A DNA stretch of 64,000 bases from the NCBI GenBank assembly GCA_964585925.1, contig CAZPFS010000001.1:48221-112220 (forward strand). Reading direction: 5' to 3'. This DNA comes from an uncultured Syntrophomonadaceae bacterium (lineage in GTDB: Bacteria > Bacillota > Dethiobacteria > DTU022). A program made the translations under genes and the position numbers. Below are positions 56,705 through 64,000 of this stretch, in pieces. Under the pieces are notes generated by a model. It saw nothing but the letters and a program-made list of their open reading frames with translations. It had not been told where the DNA came from and ran no database searches. Each line of letters opens with the position of its first letter. Positions within the stretch are counted from its first letter, which is position 1.

Positions 56705-58048
56705 TTATATGCTTGATTGATTGCCGGTGCCGGCAAATATGGCCAAGAGATTAAGAAGGGTAATCAGAGAAAATGCCGCTCCATAGCCCCAGACCACACC
56801 GGCAATTCCGTAGGACGGGCTGGCGGTCAGATAATAAATGACGGCCAGGCTGAGGGCGGTGCCGGTAAGATCGCTGGCCATGGCCACTGCCGGTTTACCC
56901 AGGCCGTGCAGAATGGAGGCGGTGGTGTATTGAAGAAAAGCCAGCGGGGCCAAGGGAGCCAACATGATTACAATGGGAGTTGCTTCCGTGCAACCATAAA
57001 GGATCTGAACCAGAATCCGGGCAAAGGGAGTCAGGATCAGCCAGCTCAGCACCCCGGTAATAGCGGTGACGGCCAGAAAAATACTGATCAACCGGTACAG
57101 GCGCCCCGGTATCTTTACCGCTGCTGCTCCTGCTATGGCCGGCACCAGGGCCATATTCAAAGGGACGATCAACACCGTCGGCAGGAACAACAGGGGCAGC
57201 GCCATACCCGAAAACTGCCCGAACAAAGAGATGGCCTGGCCGGAACTGAATCCCGCCACCTGTAGGCGGGAGGGGATAATCCAGGATTCAACGGCCTGGG
57301 TAATTGCCGCGGTCAATCTGAAACCCAGCAATGGAAGGGCCAGTTGGAACATCTCACGCTTCAGTCGGTGATTCTCTTTGAGGGAAAAGCGCTTTATTAT
57401 TTTTACGGGGCGGCGGTGGAACTTGATCAGCACCAGCAAACCGCACGCTTCGCCGGCGGTGATACCGGCTACCATCCCCAAAATGGCATATTCCAGCCCC
57501 CAGGGCAGCAGAAAACAGGCCGCGGCCAGCCCTACCGCTATTCTCGCCACTTGCTCCCCCAACTGCGAGAGGGCCAGGGGAAACATTTCATTTTTTCCCT
57601 GATAATAACTTCGCAGGATGGAGGAAAAAGCCACCATCACAAATGCTGCCGGCATCAATCGCAAACCGGGGAGGATCCGGGGATCAGGAATGAATTTAAG
57701 CGGAAAATTGAGCGCGGTCCAAAGAATAATTGACAGAAACAAAGCGGCGGGGACGGTAAAACCCAGGGCCAATTTGTAAATCCGGTATTGGCCGGCTTCG
57801 TCACCCACCGCGTGGCGATCGGCAACCATTTTCATTGCCGCTCCCGGAAGCCCCAGACTGACCACTACCGCCAGTAAAATATAATGGGGTATTATCATCT
57901 GGAACAGCCCCAGGCCTTCCGCCCCGACAAGTCTGGACAGGTACATTCGGTTAACCATTCCCAGCAAACGGGTAATTACCGAGGCCGCGCCCAGTTGGAT
58001 GACTCCTTTAAACAAATTGCCGCCGGTAAAAATTCGTTTAAAGCGCAT
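56705..58048 (-). CDS. spoVB: Stage V sporulation protein B / MurJ-like MOP flippase
   Basis: ITRLLGMVNRMYLSRLVGAEGLGLFQM, SQLGEQVAR, GMALPLLFLP, SILHGLGK. Confidence 0.8.
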   Translation of the reverse strand: MRFKRIFTGGNLFKGVIQLGAASVITRLLGMVNRMYLSRLVGAEGLGLFQMIIPHYILLAVVVSLGLPGAAMKMVADRHAVGDEAGQYRIYKLALGFTVPAALFLSIILWTALNFPLKFIPDPRILPGLRLMPAAFVMVAFSSILRSYYQGKNEMFPLALSQLGEQVARIAVGLAAACFLLPWGLEYAILGMVAGITAGEACGLLVLIKFHRRPVKIIKRFSLKENHRLKREMFQLALPLLGFRLTAAITQAVESWIIPSRLQVAGFSSGQAISLFGQFSGMALPLLFLPTVLIVPLNMALVPAIAGAAAVKIPGRLYRLISIFLAVTAITGVLSWLILTPFARILVQILYGCTEATPIVIMLAPLAPLAFLQYTTASILHGLGKPAVAMASDLTGTALSLAVIYYLTASPSYGIAGVVWGYGAAFSLITLLNLLAIFAGTGNQSSI

Positions 58049-58222
58049 GTTGATTTATGTTATGCACAGGGGCGGCATTAAAGAAGTGACACCGGCGTAT
58101 TCATCGACATTCCGCATCCCCCGGTAGGATTTCGGAGTGAGAGAGCCGAAGTCCCTTCGGTAACATTTTAAGTGAGTGAACGCGCATAATTGGTATAATA
58201 AGGCCGTGGAGGTATAATAAAA

Positions 58223-59632
58223 TTGATTAATGACTATGAAAAAATGATCGAAGATACAGGCCAGATTGGCCGGGGAAAATCATATTATATATTTTCTTTC
58301 GGCTGTCAGATGAACGAACATGACAGCGAGGTGCTGGAAGGCATGCTGAGGGGTCTTGCCTATTGTCCTGCTGCGGATCCGCAGGAAGCTGATTTGATCG
58401 TTATAAATACCTGCGCGGTGCGCCGTAAACCGGAGGAAAAAGTGACCGCTTTGCTGGGCAGGCTGAAACCTTTGAAACAGCAAAATCCGGATCTGATTAT
58501 AGCCGTGGGGGGCTGTATGGTCCAGCAGAAAGGAATGCCGGAATCGCTGGCCAGGCGCTTTGGGTATATTGATCTCATATTTGGGACCCATGCCCTGCCC
58601 GGTTTTCCTCACCTTCTGGAACAGGCCGGGGGGAGGCGGCAGCCCCTGATTGATGTCGGGGAGTACCCCGGTTGCCGAACGCGGCAGCTTCCCGTCCGCC
58701 GGGCAAGCCGATTCAAGGCTTGGCTGCCGGTAATTTACGGTTGCAACAATTATTGTTCATACTGCATAGTGCCCTATGTACGGGGCCGGGAAACAAGCCG
58801 CCCCAAAGATCTTATTATCAGTGAGGCTTCCGCCTTGGCCCGGGATGGTTATCTGGAATTGACCCTGCTGGGGCAGAATGTTAATTCCTATGGTCTGGAT
58901 CTGCCTGAAGGAGGGCCATATGGTTTTGCGGATCTGCTTCTGGATCTGAACCGTATACAGGGAATTTCAAGGATCCGTTTTCTGACTTCCCATCCCAAGG
59001 ATATTTCAGCCGGCCTGATCGAAGCGGTAAGGGATGCTGAAAAAGTATGCGAACATATTCATCTTCCTGTTCAGACGGGCAGCAACCGCCTCCTCAAGGC
59101 CATGAATCGCAATTATACCCGGGAACGCTACCTGGAACTGATCGCAAATATAAAACAGGAGATTGTGGGAGCGGCCGTTACTACCGATATCATTGTCGGT
59201 TATCCGGGGGAAACCGACAATGACTTTTATCAAACCCTCGAACTGGTGAAAGAAGCACGTTTTGATAATGCCTTTATTTTTCTTTATTCCCCCCGAAGCG
59301 GTACCCGGGCGACGAAAACGGCTGACAGCCTTTCGGTGGAAGAGAAAAAGAGGCGGATGCAGGAAATTTCCAGAGTGCAAAACGGGATCAGCCGGGAGAT
59401 TAACCAGGGCCTGGTAGGTACCAGGGCTGAAGTGCTGGTGGAGGGGACCAGCAAACGAAATCCTCGGATGCAATCCGGAAGGACCCGGACCGGCAAGCTG
59501 GTCCATTTTTCAGCCGGCAAAGACTTGGCGGGCAAGCTGGTGGAGGTATCGATCAAGAAGGCCTGCACCTGGCACCTGATCGGAGAAACGGCAGAAAAAA
59601 CTGAGAAAGAAACCAAGGAGGTTTACAGTTGA
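58223..59632 (+). CDS. miaB: tRNA methylthiotransferase MiaB
   Basis: FGCQMNEHDS, NTCAVR, radical-SAM CNNYCSYC, LLGQNVNSYG, TRAM domain. Confidence 0.96.
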   Translation: MINDYEKMIEDTGQIGRGKSYYIFSFGCQMNEHDSEVLEGMLRGLAYCPAADPQEADLIVINTCAVRRKPEEKVTALLGRLKPLKQQNPDLIIAVGGCMVQQKGMPESLARRFGYIDLIFGTHALPGFPHLLEQAGGRRQPLIDVGEYPGCRTRQLPVRRASRFKAWLPVIYGCNNYCSYCIVPYVRGRETSRPKDLIISEASALARDGYLELTLLGQNVNSYGLDLPEGGPYGFADLLLDLNRIQGISRIRFLTSHPKDISAGLIEAVRDAEKVCEHIHLPVQTGSNRLLKAMNRNYTRERYLELIANIKQEIVGAAVTTDIIVGYPGETDNDFYQTLELVKEARFDNAFIFLYSPRSGTRATKTADSLSVEEKKRRMQEISRVQNGISREINQGLVGTRAEVLVEGTSKRNPRMQSGRTRTGKLVHFSAGKDLAGKLVEVSIKKACTWHLIGETAEKTEKETKEVYS

Positions 59633-62247
59633 GCGGGCTGACACCGATGATGAAACAGTATCTCGAATATAAACAGCAACATCCCGATAAAATATTGCTG
59701 TTTCAAGTCGGCGATTTTTATGAAACATTTTTTGAAGACGCAGAAATTGCCGCCCGGGAACTGGAAATAGTGCTCACTACTCGTGATAGCCAGAAAGATG
59801 CTCCCATCCCCCTGGCGGGGGTGCCTGTACATGCCGTGGAATCATATATCAATAAACTGCTGAACAGGGGATACAAGGTAGTGGTCTGCGATCAGGTGGA
59901 GGAGGCCCCGGCGGGCAAGGGTCTGTTTCGCCGGGAAATCAGCCGCATCCTGACCCCGGGTACGGTTACCGATCCGGAAATGTTGGAGGAAAGCAGAAAC
60001 AATTATCTGGTAGCCCTGGCCAATCTCCCCGGATCCGATCTCTACGGGCTGGCGGCGGTGGATGTTTCCACCGGGGAAATTCGCCTGGGTGAATGGCCGG
60101 CCGAAGATTTCCGGAACCTGGCCGATGAACTTTCCCGCCTTCAGCCGGCGGAATGTATTTGCACTTCACCCGATCTGGTCGAAAAAATTACTCCTTATCT
60201 CAAGGCGGCCGGAACCCTGATGGAAGTGATTGAATATTCGATCGGATCAGATCGGGCAAAAAAAGCATTTGATGAACAATGGGGGGAGGGTACCTGGGAC
60301 AGTCTCCCTTTTCACCGCTACCGGGCCGCCGCTTGCGCCGGGGCATTGGCGCTGGCTTACCTGAAAGGATTACAGCACCTGGGTAAGGTGACGCACCTGT
60401 GCCGGCCCGAGCGTTATGATACCGGAACGGGTATGTCCGTGGATTATATTACCGGCCGGAATCTGGAACTGACCCAAAGCATCCGGGAGGGAGAAAAGCA
60501 AGGGAGTCTGCTGGGGGTGCTCGATCACTGCGCCAGCGCCATGGGGCGCAGGATGCTCAGACGTTGGGTGGAACAGCCGCTGGTAGATCCGGCGCTGATT
60601 ATGGAAAGGCTGGACGCGGTGGAAGAGTTGTATAAAAATTCTCTTTGCCGCTACGAAATACGCGCCCTGCTATCGAAAATGATCGACCTGGAACGATTTT
60701 GCAGCCGTTTGGCGGCCCGCCGGCTCAATGCCCGCGATCTGGTGGGTTTAAAAAATGCCCTGCTGTTGCTGAAGCCCCTTGAAAAACTACTGTCCGGCTT
60801 TGAGGCACCGCTGCTTAAGGATCTGAGCTGTTTGCCGGATTTAACCGGGTTGATTGAACTGATTTCAAAGGCGCTGGTGGACGAACCCCCAAACGGTTTG
60901 CGCGAGGGAGGCCTGATTCGAGAAGGTTACCATGAGCAGGTGGACCACTGGCGAAATATTGCCCGCGATGGGCGGGGTTGGCTTCTGCAATATGAACAGC
61001 AGGAAATCAAGCGGACCGGGATCAAATCCCTGAAGGTGGGATACAACCGTAATTTCGGTTATTACCTGGAGGTTACCCGCTCAAACCTGCAACACGTCCC
61101 GCCGGAATATCACCGCCGCCAAACATTGGTCAATGCCGAACGTTTCATTACCCCCGAGCTGACCGAAATGGAGGAACAGATCACCGGAGCCCGTGAAAAA
61201 TTGGAACAACTGGAATACCGGCTGTTCGAGGGCCTGATGGAAACAATAGCCGCCGGCACCTCGGATCTGCAGGAGGCGGCGCACCGGCTGGCCCGTTTGG
61301 ATTGCCTGCAAAACCTGGCCGGGGTGGCCGAAAGCAACTGTTACTGCCGACCCATTTTTTCCGATAGCGGAAAACTGAGCATTGCCCACGGCCGGCATCC
61401 GGTGGTGGAGCAATTGTCCGGGCAACGCTTTGTTCCCAATAACGCCTCCATGAGTGAACAGATCCATCTATTGCTGATCACGGGCCCCAACATGGCCGGC
61501 AAAAGCACTTACATTCGCAGCATTGCCCTGATCTGCCTGATGGGGCAGATCGGCAGCTTCGTCCCCGCCCGGGAAGCCGTGCTTCCGGTGGTGGACCGGA
61601 TTTTTGCCCGGGTGGGAGCCAGCGACGATCTCAGCCGCGGCCTCAGCACTTTCATGGTGGAAATGCAGGAAACCGCCGCTATACTGAAGGAGGCCACTCC
61701 CCGCAGTTTGATCATTTTGGATGAGATCGGCAGGGGGACAAGCACCTATGATGGAATGAGCATCGCCCGAAGTGTGCTGGAGTATATTGCCGGACAAATT
61801 AAAGCCAAGACCCTTTTTTCCACCCATTACCACGAACTGACCGCACTGGAAAAGGAACTGCCGCCGGTCAAGAATTACACCATGGCCGTAAAAGAGAAAG
61901 GGCAGGAGATCGTCTTTTTACGTCAGGTGGTTCCCGGCCAATCCGACAAGAGCTACGGGCTCAACGTGGCCCGCCTGGCGGGAATGCCTCTACCGGTAAT
62001 TGCCAGGGCGGAAGAAGTTCTGGCCGGCTTGGAAGCGGCGGCCGCTGTTACCGGTGAGCGCCAACTGACCATGATTCCCTATATCTCGTCTTTTCCTGGC
62101 AACCAGGTGGCCGAACATCTGCTGAACGAGTTGAAGGAGATAGATATCAACCGCCTTACCCCGCTGGAGTCGTTGCAGGTCCTGTATGAGCTTCAGCAAA
62201 AAGCTTTTCGAGAAACCGAACGAAAGGAACAGCAGAGGTCCAAATGA
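59629..62247 (+). CDS. mutS: DNA mismatch repair protein MutS
   Basis: TPMMKQY, GDFYE, TGPNMAGKST, STFMVEM, DEIGRGTST, THYHEL. Confidence 0.98.
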   Translation: MSGLTPMMKQYLEYKQQHPDKILLFQVGDFYETFFEDAEIAARELEIVLTTRDSQKDAPIPLAGVPVHAVESYINKLLNRGYKVVVCDQVEEAPAGKGLFRREISRILTPGTVTDPEMLEESRNNYLVALANLPGSDLYGLAAVDVSTGEIRLGEWPAEDFRNLADELSRLQPAECICTSPDLVEKITPYLKAAGTLMEVIEYSIGSDRAKKAFDEQWGEGTWDSLPFHRYRAAACAGALALAYLKGLQHLGKVTHLCRPERYDTGTGMSVDYITGRNLELTQSIREGEKQGSLLGVLDHCASAMGRRMLRRWVEQPLVDPALIMERLDAVEELYKNSLCRYEIRALLSKMIDLERFCSRLAARRLNARDLVGLKNALLLLKPLEKLLSGFEAPLLKDLSCLPDLTGLIELISKALVDEPPNGLREGGLIREGYHEQVDHWRNIARDGRGWLLQYEQQEIKRTGIKSLKVGYNRNFGYYLEVTRSNLQHVPPEYHRRQTLVNAERFITPELTEMEEQITGAREKLEQLEYRLFEGLMETIAAGTSDLQEAAHRLARLDCLQNLAGVAESNCYCRPIFSDSGKLSIAHGRHPVVEQLSGQRFVPNNASMSEQIHLLLITGPNMAGKSTYIRSIALICLMGQIGSFVPAREAVLPVVDRIFARVGASDDLSRGLSTFMVEMQETAAILKEATPRSLIILDEIGRGTSTYDGMSIARSVLEYIAGQIKAKTLFSTHYHELTALEKELPPVKNYTMAVKEKGQEIVFLRQVVPGQSDKSYGLNVARLAGMPLPVIARAEEVLAGLEAAAAVTGERQLTMIPYISSFPGNQVAEHLLNELKEIDINRLTPLESLQVLYELQQKAFRETERKEQQRSK

Positions 62248-64000
62248 GTGTAAACATCTTGCACCCGGAAATTGTGAAACATATTGCGGCCGGGGAGGTG
62301 GTGGAAAATCCGGCTTCGGTGGTCAAGGAGCTGGCGGAAAATGCCCTGGATGCCGGCGCTGATCGGGTTGAGATTTCAGTGCAAGAGGGGGGCATCAAAT
62401 CTATACAGGTAACAGATAACGGAGAAGGGGTTTTATTTGACGATCTTCCGCTAATATTTCAAAGATATGCCACCAGCAAGATTGCCCGTCTGGAGGATCT
62501 GGCCGCCATTACCAGCCTGGGATTCAGGGGAGAAGCGCTACCCAGCATTGCTGCCGTGTCAAGATTAACCGCGACCAGCCGTCGGCGGGGGGAGCCCGCG
62601 GGAGGGCTGATCATGCTGGAAGGAGGCAAATTAATTGGCAACCGGGAGGCAGGAGCCCCCGAGGGAACCGAGATGCTGGTGAAAGATCTGTTCTTCAACA
62701 CCCCGGCCCGGTTGAAATTTTTAAAGTCTCCTCCGGTGGAAACGGGGAGGATATCATTTTTATTGTGGGAACTTTCCCTGGGACATCCGCGGGTTTCCTT
62801 CAGCCTGCGCAGCAACGGGCGTAATCTTCTGCAAACCTCCGGCGACGGATCTTTGCCTTCAATTATGGGAGCCATCCATGGAAACAAATGTGCCGGATCC
62901 CTCCTTGAGCTTGATTACCGGTACGAGGAAGTCCCGATAGAGATTTCCGGCTATCTCTCTACACCCTATTATCACCGCTCTTCACGGCGCGGTATTACCG
63001 TCATTGTGAACGGGAGGCCTGTAAAAGCCCCTCAGATTGTCTATGCCCTGGAGAGGGGTTACGGAACCCTTCTTCCCAGGGGGCGTTACCCGGTGGCGGT
63101 AATCGGGATCCGCATGCCTCCGGATCTCCTGGATGTCAACGTGCATCCTTCAAAAACCATGGTGCGGTTTCAACATCCCAAAATGCTCTCCGATCTGGTT
63201 TACCGGACGGTTAAATCCGTGCTGGAAAAACGGATGCCACTGCCCCATTTTAAAAACAAGACGGGCGGGGCCAGTCCCGATTTATATAGCAGGGGATCGG
63301 CAATCCCTGCTGATAGAATTGCGGTCGATGCGGGCGAACTGGTAACGGAAGGCGGTGAAAATATATCCCTATACCGCCGACAAGCCTGGGACCTGGAGGA
63401 AGAGCCAAAACTGCCGGGAACAGATGCCGCTTCATTGCCGCAGATGGAAACAGGGCGCATGCGGTTGATCGGGCAGTTTCTGCACAGTTATCTGGTCGCA
63501 CAACGAGGCGAAGAACTCCTGCTGATAGATCAGCATGCCGCCCATGAGAGAATATTGTATCATAAGCTGATCTCTTCACCGCCTGGGCATCAGGCGGTTC
63601 AGTTAACCCTGCCCTTGGAGATTGAGATACCCCCCCCCTGGCGGGAAAGGTTTGCCGAACTCAAAGAAGCCCTGCAGGGGCTGGGATTTAAACTGGAACC
63701 ATTTGGTGATAATAACTATATTATCCGCTCGTTGCCTGTATTGTTGAGGGGGGAGATCACCGGCCGGGATATTCAGGACCTGCTGGAAGCGCTGCTTTCG
63801 GAGGAACCCGAACCGGGAATGAGCAAACAAGAGCAGGTTTGCCGGGATATTGCCTGCCAACAGGCGATAAAAGCCAAACAGGCGCTGACCTTTCGGGAAA
63901 TGGAGGCGCTGCTGGATGAGCTGCAGTCTGTGCCCGGCTACCAATACTGCCCTCACGGCCGGCCCAGCATCATTAGCTTCCAGCGCACCGATCTGGACAA
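62244..64000 (+). CDS. mutL: DNA mismatch repair protein MutL (runs off the window; missing from the ORF track)
   Basis: ATG 62244, manually translated: IAAGEVVENPASVVKELAENALDAG, GFRGEAL, DVNVHP, endonuclease motif DQHAAHERI, and CPHGRP near the window end. Confidence 0.96.
   Translation, partial: MSVNILHPEIVKHIAAGEVVENPASVVKELAENALDAGADRVEISVQEGGIKSIQVTDNGEGVLFDDLPLIFQRYATSKIARLEDLAAITSLGFRGEALPSIAAVSRLTATSRRRGEPAGGLIMLEGGKLIGNREAGAPEGTEMLVKDLFFNTPARLKFLKSPPVETGRISFLLWELSLGHPRVSFSLRSNGRNLLQTSGDGSLPSIMGAIHGNKCAGSLLELDYRYEEVPIEISGYLSTPYYHRSSRRGITVIVNGRPVKAPQIVYALERGYGTLLPRGRYPVAVIGIRMPPDLLDVNVHPSKTMVRFQHPKMLSDLVYRTVKSVLEKRMPLPHFKNKTGGASPDLYSRGSAIPADRIAVDAGELVTEGGENISLYRRQAWDLEEEPKLPGTDAASLPQMETGRMRLIGQFLHSYLVAQRGEELLLIDQHAAHERILYHKLISSPPGHQAVQLTLPLEIEIPPPWRERFAELKEALQGLGFKLEPFGDNNYIIRSLPVLLRGEITGRDIQDLLEALLSEEPEPGMSKQEQVCRDIACQQAIKAKQALTFREMEALLDELQSVPGYQYCPHGRPSIISFQRTDLD

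Noticed and set aside
62455-62490. MutL RYATSK instead of RHATSK
   Set aside because: Single substitution; the other ATPase and endonuclease motifs are intact, so there is no basis for claiming altered function.
1-64000. Numerous antisense and alternative-frame ORFs in the track (e.g. 49711-50196, 53003-53959, 41964-42713, 56717-57265)
   Set aside because: They overlap well-supported genes, lack recognisable motifs or RBSs, and are expected shadow ORFs at this GC content.
1-64000. CRISPR array, rRNA or prophage
   Set aside because: No regularly spaced repeats, rRNA-like sequence or phage structural genes seen.

Overview
Chromosomal window from a motile, probably spore-forming anaerobic Bacillota (Firmicutes) genome. 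(1) Bases 1-25.1 kb hold a long co-oriented flagellar/chemotaxis operon: fliJ-fliK-flgD-TIGR02530-flgE-motAB-fliL-fliN-fliOPQR-flhBAFG-ycgR-fliA-orf-flgF-flgG-fliM-fliN-fliY-cheA-cheY-cheC-cheD-cheB-cheR. (2) Bases 25.2-34.3 kb encode an M14/M99-like peptidase, an MCP plus cheW, NAD salvage genes (pncA-pncB) and an SPFH/Zn-ribbon/TPM trio resembling B. subtilis ydjIGH. (3) Bases 34.4-46.3 kb form a patchy accessory region ending at tRNA-Trp. It holds two half-size EamA transporters, a 12-TM LuxR sensor, an LPXTG protein with a sortase, a decayed and apparently internally inverted RAYT transposase, a NitT/TauT-type ABC importer under a Moco-class riboswitch, an intact IS30 element with a 16-bp target duplication, an IS21 remnant and Zn-ribbon pseudogenes. 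(4) Bases 47-64 kb are core metabolism and repair genes: patA, pckG, proCBA, a nifV-like synthase, a ROK kinase, DedA, spoVB, miaB, mutS and mutL (mutL runs off the window and is absent from the ORF track). The most notable element is the Moco riboswitch, coupled to a short upstream ORF and a terminator, in front of an ABC transporter whose binding protein and permease are not ModA/TupA/WtpA-like. That makes it a candidate molybdopterin-cofactor (or unusual Mo/W) uptake system. All calls come from motif recognition by eye; no database searches were run.
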